Shown here in pieces: positions 16,376-27,323 of a stretch of 32,000 nucleotides of DNA. The notes under the pieces are model-generated. The model had not been told where the DNA came from and searched no databases. It saw only the letters and a program-made list of their open reading frames with translations. The number at the start of each line of letters is the position of its first letter. Position 1 is the first letter of the stretch. The position numbers and the translations under genes were made by a program. Source of the stretch: an uncultured Clostridia bacterium (GTDB taxonomy: Bacteria; Bacillota; Clostridia; TANB77; CAG-508); assembly GCA_948739805.1 (NCBI GenBank), contig CAPYID010000012.1:1-32000 (forward strand), written 5' to 3'.

Positions 16376-16419
16376 GGACAGACAGTAACTTGAATTTTCA
16401 TATATTGACAGAAGAAAAA
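16376..16419 (+). repeat. degenerate duplicate of the HIT gene 3' end
   Basis: GGACAGACAGTAA...TTTTCATATATT...AGAAAAA at 16376-16419 mirrors 16263-16310 inside the HIT CDS. There is an exact 13-nt block and an exact 12-nt block, with a 4-nt indel between the copies. Confidence 0.6.
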
Positions 16420-16461
16420 TTTATTTAATTTTACTTATAATATTAGAAGAAAGGTAATCAT

Positions 16462-17214
16462 ATGAAGAGATATAATAAATTGAAGATATATAGTAAATTT
16501 TTAACAATATTGATAATAGTATTAACAATATTTTTAATTATATTAGTAGGATATGCCATATATACTTTATATGACAACTACACATCTGACCAATCATCAG
16601 AAGAATTAATGGCTCAATTTGAAAACAATTATGAAGAAATTGAGGAGGGGCAAATTTCAGAAGAAAATCCATCAGAAGGTTCTGAAAATCAAGAACAACC
16701 CTCAGAAGGAAATAATAATAATTCTAACCCTTCAAAACCATCAACAAAAAAGCCATCAACATCATCTGGTGGTAGTAGTGGCTCAGCATATAATTTAGGT
16801 ACATTTTATAAGGGATATAAGGTAATAGGAATAATTTCTATTCCAAAACTTAAAATTCAATATCCTATATTTAATGTTGATAATACTGCTACACTTAAAA
16901 TTGGAACAGCAGCAATTTATCCAGCTAATGTAGAAGAAGCATTAAATGCACCAGGAAATGTAGTAATAGCGGGACATAATTATAGAAATAAAAGAATGTT
17001 TTCAAAATTATATACACTACAAAATGGTGATTCTATATTTATAACAAATATTTATGGAGTTACATTAGAATATAAAGTATATAATAATTATACTGCAGGG
17101 GCAAATGACTTTGATTATGCAACTAGAGAGACTAATGGAAGAACAGAAATATCTTTAACAACTTGCACAAGTGATGCAAGTACAAGAACTATCGTATGGG
17201 CAAGAGTTGAATAA
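16462..17214 (+). CDS. sortase family transpeptidase (membrane-anchored, low-complexity linker)
   Basis: N-terminal TM helix, an E/S/N/P-rich linker, then the sortase core with AGHNYRN..MFSKL and the catalytic SLTTC motif, ending ..R..VWA. Confidence 0.8.
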   Translation: MKRYNKLKIYSKFLTILIIVLTIFLIILVGYAIYTLYDNYTSDQSSEELMAQFENNYEEIEEGQISEENPSEGSENQEQPSEGNNNNSNPSKPSTKKPSTSSGGSSGSAYNLGTFYKGYKVIGIISIPKLKIQYPIFNVDNTATLKIGTAAIYPANVEEALNAPGNVVIAGHNYRNKRMFSKLYTLQNGDSIFITNIYGVTLEYKVYNNYTAGANDFDYATRETNGRTEISLTTCTSDASTRTIVWARVE

Positions 17215-17307
17215 AATTTTACTAGAAAAGGTCGAAAAATCCAAAAAAGTGTGTTATAATATATATATCAGGCTAATAATGTAATAATATGTTAGGAGGA
17301 ATATGAT

Positions 17308-18033
17308 ATGGAAAATAAATATGGAAATTTATTAACAATAATGTTAATTGTTGCAATAGTTATAGTTGTTGCAATACTAGGCTTTTTTGGATATAAAGTT
17401 TATACAAGTGAACAGACAAATAAAAAATCAGAAAGTTTAGTTGCGGAATTTGACAAAAATTCTGAAGAGTCTAATAAAACAGACAATCCTGATAATTCAA
17501 ATAATGAAGAAGATGGAAACCAAGATAATGACACATCATTAGGGGAGCTATTAAACAATTTTGGTAATAATAATGATAACTCAAATTCTATATATCAACA
17601 ACAAGGTAATAAAGATACTACTTATAAAGGATATAAAGTAATAGGAACTATATCTATACCAAGTATAAATGTTGAATATCCTATACTTGAAGAGAATACT
17701 TCAGAAACATTAAAAATAGCAATAGTTGCAGTATATCCTCAAGATGATAGAGCAAATGCAGTAAATAAACCAGGAAATCTTGTGTTATGGGGACATAACT
17801 ATAAAAACGGAACCTTTTTCTCAGACATTGGAAGATTAACAACAGGAGCTAAGATATACATAAAAGATGTTTCAGGTAATAAATTAGAATATCAAGTATA
17901 TAATAATTATGAAACCACAGACTCTGATATGACATATGCAACACGTGATACTAAAGGAGCAAAAGAAATAACACTTTCTACATGTTCTAATGAATCTGGA
18001 AAAAGAATAATTGTATGGGCTCGTGAAACATAA
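17308..18033 (+). CDS. sortase family transpeptidase, tandem paralogue
   Basis: Same architecture as the upstream gene: YKGYKVIGTISIP, WGHNYKNGTFFS, TLSTC, RIIVWA. Confidence 0.8.
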   Translation: MENKYGNLLTIMLIVAIVIVVAILGFFGYKVYTSEQTNKKSESLVAEFDKNSEESNKTDNPDNSNNEEDGNQDNDTSLGELLNNFGNNNDNSNSIYQQQGNKDTTYKGYKVIGTISIPSINVEYPILEENTSETLKIAIVAVYPQDDRANAVNKPGNLVLWGHNYKNGTFFSDIGRLTTGAKIYIKDVSGNKLEYQVYNNYETTDSDMTYATRDTKGAKEITLSTCSNESGKRIIVWARET

Positions 18034-18076
18034 TTTTTTTATAAGTTAGATAATTAATGAGGAAGGATACTATAAT

Positions 18077-18952
18077 ATGGAGATTATAGATGGAAAAACA
18101 CTTGCAACAGATATTAGGGGAAATTTAAAATTAGAGGTACAAGAATTAAAATACAAAGGTATAATACCTAATTTGGCAGTAATTCTTGTAGGCGAAGATA
18201 AACCATCTCAAATATATGTAAAAAATAAAAGTAAAGCATGTTTAGAAATAGGAATTAAATATGAAGAATTTTTATTAGATAGGAATATAAAAATGGAACA
18301 ATTACTTTCATTAATTGATACACTAAATGAAAGAGAAGATATTCATGGTATTTTGCTACAAAGCCCAATGCCAAAACATTTAAACAGTGATGAGGCTTTT
18401 GAAAGAATTTCGCCTAAAAAAGATGTTGATGGTTTTAATCCTGTAAATGTGGGAAAATTATGTCTAAAACAAGATGGCTTTGTTTCTTGTACACCTGCTG
18501 GAATAATGAAAATGTTTGAAAAATATAACATTAGTTTAGAAGGTAAAAATGCAGTTGTACTAGGAAGAAGCAATATTGTAGGAAAACCAATGTCATTATG
18601 TTTATTGAACAAAGACTCAACAGTTACTATATGTCACTCAAAAACGCAAAATTTATCTGAAATTACAAAAAATGCAGATATTATAGTGGTAGCATTAGGG
18701 AAACCTAAATTTTTAACAAAAGATATGATAAAAGAAGGAGCAGTTGTTATAGATGTTGGAATAAATAGAATAGAAAATGGAATTATAGGAGATGTTGATT
18801 TTGAAAGTGTAAAAGAAATTGCATCATATATTACACCAGTTCCAGGAGGAGTAGGACCAATGACAATAGCAATGCTAATGCAGAATGTAGTTAAAGCAGC
18901 TAAAAACACATTAGAAAATTCTAAGCAGACATGTACTATATTGGCAAAATAA
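18077..18952 (+). CDS. folD: bifunctional methylenetetrahydrofolate dehydrogenase/cyclohydrolase FolD
   Basis: Full-length match to the FolD pattern: LAVILVGEDKPSQIYVKNK, DVDGFNPVNVGKL, GRSNIVGKP, TPVPGGVGPMT. Confidence 0.95.
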   Translation: MEIIDGKTLATDIRGNLKLEVQELKYKGIIPNLAVILVGEDKPSQIYVKNKSKACLEIGIKYEEFLLDRNIKMEQLLSLIDTLNEREDIHGILLQSPMPKHLNSDEAFERISPKKDVDGFNPVNVGKLCLKQDGFVSCTPAGIMKMFEKYNISLEGKNAVVLGRSNIVGKPMSLCLLNKDSTVTICHSKTQNLSEITKNADIIVVALGKPKFLTKDMIKEGAVVIDVGINRIENGIIGDVDFESVKEIASYITPVPGGVGPMTIAMLMQNVVKAAKNTLENSKQTCTILAK

Positions 18953-18995
18953 TCTATTAAAGTTTTATTGGGGGATAAAATAAGATATAAATTAG

Positions 18996-19025
18996 GGGAG
19001 CATATTAAATTTATGCTCTCTTTTT
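18996..19025 (+). terminator. rho-independent terminator after folD
   Basis: GAGCATA-TTAAATT-TATGCTC stem-loop followed by TCTTTTT. Confidence 0.6.
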
Positions 19026-19230
19026 GACCTTTTAGGTAAATCATATGTAGGGGTGGACGAAATGAGAGAAAATATAAAAATAAGAAAATTTATTTTATTA
19101 TTTTTATACTTTCGCGAATGAGTCATGAAAAATTTGCGGAGCAAATTTTACTGAGTGTGTGTCTGCATGGAGAAGCCAATTTTGTTCACGTTTTATACAA
19201 ATAGATTATAAGTATAAGAAGGAGATAAAA

Positions 19231-19885
19231 ATGAAAATAATAAGAATTGAAAATGAGGATTATCCAGAAAAACTAAAAAATATTGATAATCCACCAAAAC
19301 AATTATATGTATTGGGAAATGAAAAAATATTAGACAATTTTGGATTAGCAATAATAGGTTGTAGGCAATATTCAGAATATGGTAAAAAAGTAGCAAAAGA
19401 TATAAGCTTTAAATTAGCTAAACAGGGAATAAACATCATAAGTGGAATGGCAAGAGGAATAGATAGTTTTGCACATATGGGGTGTATGGTAGCAGGAGGA
19501 AAAACAGTAGCTGTACTTGGTAGTGGATTTAATAATATATATCCTAAAGAGAACTTAGAATTACTTAAAGAAATAATAAGAACAGGTGGAACAATTATAA
19601 CTGAATATTCACCAGATGTAAAGCCAATAGGAACTAATTTTCCACTTAGAAATAGAATTATAAGTGGATTAAGTGATGGAGTAATTGTAGTAGAAGCAAG
19701 AAAGAAAAGTGGAACTTTAATAACTGTAGATTATGCATTAGAACAAGGAAAAGAAATTTTTGCAGTTCCACGGAAACCTAAATAATAGTTCTTCACAAGG
19801 TACAAATGAAATGATAAGAGAAGGGGCTAAAATTGTAACATGTGTAGAAGATATATTAGAAGAATACTCTCATATCCTTAGGTAA
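19231..19885 (+). CDS. dprA: DNA-processing protein DprA (short form); needs a +1 shift at CGG 19771-19773
   Basis: RBS AAGGAG plus ATG at 19231 is preferred over the 19159 start in the ORF track. YPEKLKNIDNPPKQLYVLGN, GMARGIDS.AH, then EIFAVP and, after skipping C19771, GNLNNSSSQGTNEMIREGAKIV, which matches the DprA C-terminal motif (VPG......GTN.LI..GA). Confidence 0.85.
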
Positions 19886-20741
19886 ATCTGCTTCTAATAT
19901 TATATTTTTTTTAGTAATAGGATGAATAAATGTAATTTTATAAGCATGTAGAGCTTGTCTATCTATTAATTTAGATGAATTACCATAGAGAGTATCTCCA
20001 ACAATAGGATTACCAATATAAGCAGAATGTACACGTATTTGATGAGTACGTCCAGTCTCAAGTACAAAATGAACTAAAGATAAAGAATTATTAATGGTTT
20101 TAATTAAATCATAATGAGTTATTGCAATTTCACCATTTTTAAAATCAACACATCTTTCAATTATACTATTATCTTTTCTAGCAATAGGTGCAGATATTAT
20201 TCCAGATTTCTCTGATAAAATCCCATCTAAAACAGCAATATATTCTTTTTTAAAATCATTGTTTTTCATTTGGCGAATTAAACATTCTTGTATATATTCA
20301 TTCTTTGCAAAAATTACAAGACCGAGAAGTATCTTTATCTAATCTATTAACAATTCTAATTTTGCGTTTAAGTCCAATAGAATCAAAATAGAATTTCACT
20401 CCATTAGATAAACTATCAGAAAAGTGGTTACAAGAAGGATGAATAGGGGTATTTGATAATTTATTTATAATTAATAAATATTTATCTTCAAAAACTATAT
20501 CTAAATTCATTTTAACAGGAAGAATATTATCATAGTCTTCATCAAAATTAAAATCAATCGAAACTATATCTCCAACATTAAGATTAGTATAATTAGGATT
20601 TATAGTATGATTATTTAAAAATATTTTATTATTAGCCTTTAAACGTCTTAATAATCTATCTGAAATATTAAATTCTTCTTTTAGAATTTGTTTTATATTG
20701 TAATATCTATTATCAATTATTTTATACTCTAAATCGTACAT
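19856..20741 (-). CDS. RluA-family pseudouridine synthase (RluD/YlyB-like, with an S4-like N-domain); needs a +1 shift at CGG 20324-20322
   Basis: The N-terminal ORF ends ..NRLDKDTS. After skipping the C at 20324 it continues GLVIFAKNEYIQECLIRQMKNNDFKKEYIAVLDG...TGRTHQIRVH, the canonical (H/N)RLDKDTSGL...GR.HQIR motifs. Confidence 0.85.
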
Positions 20742-20801
20742 TTAATTAATCCTCCTAAATAATATATATTATAGTTAGTTATTTTTACTTTTTCAAGATA
20801 A

Positions 20802-21869
<1,068 letters not shown>

Positions 21870-21892
21870 TATAAAAGAAAGGAAAGAAAAAA

Positions 21893-23089
21893 ATGAAAAT
21901 CTTAGTATTAAATTGTGGAAGCTCATCATTAAAATATCAATTAATTGATATGGAAACAGACGAGGTAATAGCCTCAGGAAAATATGAAAGAATAGGAGAG
22001 AAAGAGGCATTTATAACACACAAAGCATGTGGAAAAAAAGTAACAATAGAACATACTGCTATGGATCATACAGAAGCAATAGATTTTACATTAAAACAAT
22101 TAGTAAATCCAGAATATAAAGTAGTAGAAAGTTTAGACGAAATAAATGCTATAGGTCATAGATTAGCTCATGGTGGAGAAAAGATTAGTGAATCAACTAT
22201 AATAGATGACCATGTTATAGAAGTATTAAAAGAATGTACTGATTTAGCACCTCTTCATAATCCAGCAGGAATTATGGGAATTGAAGCATGCAAAAAGGTT
22301 ATGCCAGGTAAACCAATGGCAGGAGTATTTGATACTGCATTTCATCAAACAATTTCTAAAGATAAGTACCTATACTCAATTCCTTATGAATATTATGAAA
22401 AATATGGTGTACGTAAATATGGATTCCATGGAACATCACATATGTATGTTTCTAAACGACTTGGAGAAATTTTAAATAAAGATATTAAAGATTTAAAAAT
22501 AGTAACATGTCATTTAGGTCAAGGTTCTAGCGTATGTGCTATTAAAGGTGGTAAATCAATTGATACATCAATGGGATTAACTCCAGTTGCCGGTTTACCA
22601 ATGGTTACACGTTCAGGAGATGTAGACCCATGTGCCATAACTTTTATAATGAAAAAAGAAAATATGACACCAGAAGAAGCTGATAATATGTTAAATAAAA
22701 AATCTGGTTTAACAGCAGTATCAGGAATGGTTCCTGACTTTAGAGAAATAGAACTTGCATCTTATGATAAAAATAATGAAAGAGCACAAATTGCAATAAA
22801 ACAATTTACTTATTCAATAGCAAGTTATGTTGCAAAATATGCAGTTGCTATGGGTGGAGTTGATTATATTATATTTACTGGTGGAGTTGGAGAAAATCAA
22901 ATAAATATTAGAAAATCTATTTGTGAACAATTAGCTTTTATGAGAGTTAATATAGATGTAAATGCTAATGATATGCGTGGAGAAGAAAAGTTGATTTCAA
23001 CAGTTGATTCAAAAGTAAAAGTATATGTAATTCCTACTAATGAGGAGTTAGTTATTGCTAAAGAAACAGAACGTTTAATTGGAAAATAA
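21893..23089 (+). CDS. ackA: acetate kinase
   Basis: MKILVLNCGSSSLKYQL, HRLAHGG, FDTAFHQT, GFHGTSH, FTGGVGEN. Confidence 0.95.
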   Translation: MKILVLNCGSSSLKYQLIDMETDEVIASGKYERIGEKEAFITHKACGKKVTIEHTAMDHTEAIDFTLKQLVNPEYKVVESLDEINAIGHRLAHGGEKISESTIIDDHVIEVLKECTDLAPLHNPAGIMGIEACKKVMPGKPMAGVFDTAFHQTISKDKYLYSIPYEYYEKYGVRKYGFHGTSHMYVSKRLGEILNKDIKDLKIVTCHLGQGSSVCAIKGGKSIDTSMGLTPVAGLPMVTRSGDVDPCAITFIMKKENMTPEEADNMLNKKSGLTAVSGMVPDFREIELASYDKNNERAQIAIKQFTYSIASYVAKYAVAMGGVDYIIFTGGVGENQINIRKSICEQLAFMRVNIDVNANDMRGEEKLISTVDSKVKVYVIPTNEELVIAKETERLIGK

Positions 23090-23236
23090 TTGCCCTCTAG
23101 CGTTGTTGTTGCTCAATAGATTTCTCCTCAATGTGCACAAGCACACCCCAGAGAATATCTATTTCACACGCCTAGATAGAGAACAATTCTTTACCAATTT
23201 ATATTAGATATAAATATAAGAAAGGAAAGGTAAAAG

Positions 23237-24751
23237 ATGTCAAAAGTATTAGAAGATATTTCAAGAACATTTAATGAATTCTTATTATTACCAAACTTAA
23301 CAACAGAAAAATGTGTTCCAGATAATGTATCATTAAAGACACCTCTTGTTAAATTTAAAAAAGGTGAAGAACCAAAATATTCAGCAAATATCCCAACAGT
23401 ATCAGCTATTATGCAATCTGTTTCAGGGGAAAAAATGGGAGTGGCTCTTGCAAGAGAAGGAGGAATGGCTTTCATTTATGGTGCTCAATCAATTGAAGAA
23501 CAGGCAGCAATGGTTTATAGAGTAAAAAAACATAAAGCAGGATTTGTAATAAGTGATTCTAATGTTAAAAGTGGAACAACATTAGGAGAAGTTATGGATA
23601 TGGTACAAGAAACTGGTCACTCAACTGTAATTGTTACAGATGATGGAACATCATCTGGAAAATTTCTAGGGATTGTAACTAATAAAGACTATAGGCCATC
23701 TAAAGATGATAGAAATGCTCCAATAGATAACTTTATGACACCAAGAGAAAAAGTTATTAGCGCTAGAAAAGGAATAACTTTATCAGAAGCAAATAATATA
23801 ATATGGGAAAATAAAATAAATTGTTTACCAGTTTTAACAGAAGATGACCATTTAAAATATTTAGTATTTAGAAAAGATTATGAAGAAAGAAAAAATAATC
23901 CAAATTCTTTATTAGATGAAAATAAGCGTTATATAGTAGGTGCGGGAATAAATACAAGAGACTATGCTGAAAGAATACCAGCTTTAGTAAATGCAGGAGT
24001 AGACATATTATGTATGGACTCTTCTGATGGATATTCAGTATGGCAAAAGAACACTATTGAATTTGTAAGAGAAAAATATGGTGATGATGTAAAAATTGGT
24101 GCTGGAAATGTAGTGGATGCTGAAGGATTTAGGTATTTAGCAGAAGCAGGAGCAGACTTTATAAAAGTTGGAGTAGGTGGAGGCTCTATCTGCATTACTA
24201 GAGAAACTAAAGGTATAGGACGTGGACAAGCAAGTGCATTAATAGATGTTGTAAGAGAAAGAGATAAATATTATGAAGAGACTGGAATATATATACCAGT
24301 TTGTTCAGATGGAGGAATTGTACACGACCATCATATAACAATAGCATTAGCACTTGGAGCAGACTTTGTAATGATGGGAAGATATTTTGCAAGATTTGAT
24401 GAAAGCCCTACAAGAGTATTAAAAATAGGAAACAACTATGTAAAAGAATATTGGGGAGAAGGTTCAAACAGAGCAAGAAATTGGCAAAGATATGATATGG
24501 GAGGAAAAGCAAAAGACAAGCTTGCATTTGAAGAAGGAGTAGACTCATATATTCCATATGCTGGACCATTAAAAGACACATTAGATGTAACCATATCAAA
24601 AGTAAAATCAACGATGTGCAACTGTGGAGCAATATCAATCCCAGAACTACACGAAAAAGCAAGACTAACACTTGTATCAGAAGTAAGCATCACTGAGGGG
24701 GGAGCTCATGATGTTATATTAAAGGAGATTGACAAATCGTATAAAAATTAA
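23237..24751 (+). CDS. guaB: IMP dehydrogenase (with a CBS-pair insert)
   Basis: 504 aa with an IMPDH/GMPR barrel, catalytic-loop region [12 protein letters not shown], and SDGGI.. . Its position next to guaA supports the call. Confidence 0.85.
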   Translation: MSKVLEDISRTFNEFLLLPNLTTEKCVPDNVSLKTPLVKFKKGEEPKYSANIPTVSAIMQSVSGEKMGVALAREGGMAFIYGAQSIEEQAAMVYRVKKHKAGFVISDSNVKSGTTLGEVMDMVQETGHSTVIVTDDGTSSGKFLGIVTNKDYRPSKDDRNAPIDNFMTPREKVISARKGITLSEANNIIWENKINCLPVLTEDDHLKYLVFRKDYEERKNNPNSLLDENKRYIVGAGINTRDYAERIPALVNAGVDILCMDSSDGYSVWQKNTIEFVREKYGDDVKIGAGNVVDAEGFRYLAEAGADFIKVGVGGGSICITRETKGIGRGQASALIDVVRERDKYYEETGIYIPVCSDGGIVHDHHITIALALGADFVMMGRYFARFDESPTRVLKIGNNYVKEYWGEGSNRARNWQRYDMGGKAKDKLAFEEGVDSYIPYAGPLKDTLDVTISKVKSTMCNCGAISIPELHEKARLTLVSEVSITEGGAHDVILKEIDKSYKN

Positions 24752-24771
24752 AAAGGTGGTTATCCACCTTT
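24752..24771. terminator. bidirectional terminator between convergent guaB and guaA
   Basis: AAAGGTGG-TTAT-CCACCTTT, flanked by A-runs and T-runs. Confidence 0.65.
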
Positions 24772-24774
24772 TAT

Positions 24775-26313
24775 TTATTCCCATTCAATTGTTGCAGGAG
24801 GTTTTGAGGTTATATCATAAACAACTCTATTAATATGTTTAACCTCATTTACAATTCTTGAAGATACTTTTTCTAAAATATCATAAGGTATTTTTGCCCA
24901 AGTAGCAGTCATGAAATCTGACGTTTCTACAGCTCTTAAAGCAAGAGTATAGTCATAAGTTCTTTCATCCCCCATAACTCCAACAGAGCGTAAATTTGTA
25001 AGTACAGCAAAGTATTGATTTAAACTTTTATTTAGTCCAGCATTTGCAATTTCTTCTCTAAATATAGCATCTGCATCTTTCAGAATTTCTAGTTTTTCAT
25101 CTGTAATATCTCCAATTATACGAATTGCAAGTCCTGGACCAGGGAATGGTTGGCGATATACTAAATAATCAGGAATGCCAAGTTCTAGACCAGTTTTTCT
25201 AACTTCATCTTTGAATAAATCTCTTAAAGGTTCTACTATTTCCTTAAAATCTACATAGTCAGGAAGTCCCCCAACATTATGATGACTTTTAATAGTTTGA
25301 CCATTTCCAGCACCACTTTCAATTACATCTGGATAAATGGTTCCCTGCACTAAGAAATCAACCTTTCCAATCTTTTTAGCTTCTTCCTCAAAAACTCTTA
25401 TAAATTCTTCACCAATAAATTTTCTTTTTTGTTCAGGGTCAGTAACACCTGCAAGTTTAGATAAAAAACGTTCTTTAGCATTAACTCTAATTAAATTTAT
25501 ATCATATTGTTCTCTAAAAATTTTTTCAACCTCATCACCTTCATTTTTACGAAGAAGACCATGGTCAACAAAAATACAAGTTAAATTTTTTCCTATTGCT
25601 TTATTTAATAATACAGCAGCAACAGAAGAATCAACACCACCAGATAGAGCACATAGTGCTTTACCATTACCAATTTTAGTTCTTAATTCTTCTACTGAAT
25701 GTTCTACAAATGAAGCCATATTCCAATCACCAGAACAATTACAAATATTATATACGAAATTTCTAATAATTTCTGTACCATTTTTGGTTAAGTTTACTTC
25801 TGGATGGAATTGTATTCCATAAATTTTTCTATTATCATCAGCAATACCAGCATTAGGACAATCAGAAGTATGTCCAATATTTTTAAATCCTTCTGGTAAT
25901 TTGTTTACGAAATAAGTATGACTCATAAGACATACATTTTGATTTTCAAATCCAGAAAATAGAGGAGAGGTATTATCTATATCTACTAAAGTTTCTCCAT
26001 ATTCACGTTTATCGGATTGTTCGACAGTTCCTCCAAGCAAGTGGCTAATTAATTGCATACCATAACAAATACCAAGTACTGGTATACCAAGATTTAAAAT
26101 TTCTTTATCACAAATTAAAGCATTCTTTTCAGAAACACTAGAGGGACTACCAGTAAAGATAATTCCTTTTGGATTTTTCTTTTTTATTTCTTCAATTGAT
26201 ATATCATGAGGTACAATTTCTGAATAAACATTACATTCACGAACACGTCTTGCTATTAATTGATTATATTGCCCGTAAAAATTTAAAATTAATATAGTTT
26301 CTTTATTTTCCAT
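24775..26313 (-). CDS. guaA: GMP synthase (glutamine-hydrolysing)
   Basis: 512 aa with a GATase domain (GICYGMQL), the ATP-PPase motif SGGVDSSV, and the canonical C-terminus ..KPPATIEWE. Confidence 0.95.
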   Translation of the reverse strand: MENKETILILNFYGQYNQLIARRVRECNVYSEIVPHDISIEEIKKKNPKGIIFTGSPSSVSEKNALICDKEILNLGIPVLGICYGMQLISHLLGGTVEQSDKREYGETLVDIDNTSPLFSGFENQNVCLMSHTYFVNKLPEGFKNIGHTSDCPNAGIADDNRKIYGIQFHPEVNLTKNGTEIIRNFVYNICNCSGDWNMASFVEHSVEELRTKIGNGKALCALSGGVDSSVAAVLLNKAIGKNLTCIFVDHGLLRKNEGDEVEKIFREQYDINLIRVNAKERFLSKLAGVTDPEQKRKFIGEEFIRVFEEEAKKIGKVDFLVQGTIYPDVIESGAGNGQTIKSHHNVGGLPDYVDFKEIVEPLRDLFKDEVRKTGLELGIPDYLVYRQPFPGPGLAIRIIGDITDEKLEILKDADAIFREEIANAGLNKSLNQYFAVLTNLRSVGVMGDERTYDYTLALRAVETSDFMTATWAKIPYDILEKVSSRIVNEVKHINRVVYDITSKPPATIEWE

Positions 26314-26359
26314 ATTTTCCTCCTAATCTATTTTATAAGAATTTATTATATTGATACCT

Positions 26360-26399
26360 TGTAGGGACGACTAGTAGTCGTCCGCTTCCTAAAGAATTT
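26360..26399 (+). repeat. GC-rich hairpin repeat, copy B
   Basis: TGTAGGGACGACTAGTAGTCGTCCGCTTCCTAAAGAATTT. It has the same flanks as copy A and a different but still self-complementary stem. Confidence 0.6.
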
Positions 26400-26500
26400 G
26401 ATAATAAAATATATGTATATATTTTATCATAATGCCCACAAAATGTAAATAAAATTAGCCAATTTTTGATTTAGTGTCGAATTCTGTCGTACGATTTTGC

Positions 26501-26529
26501 TTGCATTTTGTAAGTTAGGCGAGTATAAT
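26501..26529 (+). promoter_or_regulatory. sigma-A type promoter of the TasA-like/sipW cluster
   Basis: TTGCAT at 26501-26506, a 17-nt spacer, and TATAAT at 26524-26529, about 60 nt upstream of the ATG at 26589. Confidence 0.5.
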
Positions 26530-26588
26530 GAAAACATAGCATGAGTTACATAATCACGCTAAATAATTTAAGAAAGGAGGAGAACATT

Positions 26589-27191
26589 ATGAATAAAAAA
26601 AGAATAATTTCAATAGTAGCTATCATTGCTCTAGTTACATTATCTTTTTTTACTGGTAGTACTTTTGCAAAATATTTAACTAAGCACAAAACAGTAGCTT
26701 CATTTCAAGTGGCAAGATGGTCAGTATCAGAGAAATTTTTAGTAAACGGTGTTAGTAACACATCTGAACAGATAAATCTTGCGACAACTTATAATCCTGA
26801 AACTTTAGTAAATGGAAAAGTAGCACCAGGTACATCTGGAACATTCGGAATAGAGATAGATGCTACAGGTACAGAGACTGGAATTGATTATGAAATTAAA
26901 TTTGGTACAGCTTTAGGACCAATAATTGGAAATTTAGTATTTATCTATGATGGTAAATCATATTCAAGTCTTTCAGAATTATCAAATGATTTAACTGGTA
27001 ATATTGCAGCAAATTCAGACAATAAAATTGTAAGTTTAGAGATTGGCTGGTGCTGGCCATATGAAACTTTATCTGATGGAAGCTCTGTACAAGGAGATAT
27101 TCAAGATACTTTAGATGCTAAATCTATTTATGACTCTCCATACAGTTTTGATGTAACTATAATATGTACACAAGTTACTCCAAGGGCTTAA
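26589..27191 (+). CDS. secreted TasA/camelysin-like (SipW-substrate type) protein, copy 1
   Basis: I prefer the ATG at 26589 (RBS AAGGAGG). The signal peptide ends ..FFTGSTFAKYL, which resembles SipW-cognate signals (GTFAYF type). The body contains VAPGTSGTF.IEIDATG and a W.W.YE motif shared with the gene at 28109. A sipW gene is adjacent. Confidence 0.65.
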   Translation: MNKKRIISIVAIIALVTLSFFTGSTFAKYLTKHKTVASFQVARWSVSEKFLVNGVSNTSEQINLATTYNPETLVNGKVAPGTSGTFGIEIDATGTETGIDYEIKFGTALGPIIGNLVFIYDGKSYSSLSELSNDLTGNIAANSDNKIVSLEIGWCWPYETLSDGSSVQGDIQDTLDAKSIYDSPYSFDVTIICTQVTPRA

Positions 27192-27268
27192 AGGCTTTCA
27201 GAAAATTCAAGTTAATTTTTGGAATTCAAATTTGTTCTTATAATTTCTAAAAATAATCATTATTCAAA

Positions 27269-27304
27269 GTAGGAACTAATTTATGAATATTGATTAGTTC
27301 CTAC
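27269..27304 (+). terminator. strong intra-operon hairpin (terminator/attenuator) after TasA-like gene 1
   Basis: Perfect 12-bp stem GTAGGAACTAAT / ATTAGTTCCTAC with a 12-nt loop, followed by AATTAAATTTTTATTT. Confidence 0.6.
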
Positions 27305-27323
27305 AATTAAATTTTTATTTATA

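Noticed and set aside
19159-19230. The ORF-track start of dprA at 19159 (MSAWRSQFCSRF...)
   Set aside because: It has no RBS, and its Trp/Cys-rich composition is atypical for this genome. A strong RBS plus ATG at 19231 aligns with the N-termini of short DprA proteins.
25337-25822. 161-aa plus-strand ORF inside guaA, and similar ORFs inside guaB, pta, folD and the recombinase
   Set aside because: They are antisense to highly conserved enzymes, with no RBS and implausible composition.
26314-26540. Purine riboswitch in the guaA leader (and in 23090-23236 for guaB)
   Set aside because: I looked on the relevant strands for the conserved cores (UAUAAU...GUUUCUACC...CCGUAAA...GACUAUG) and found none.
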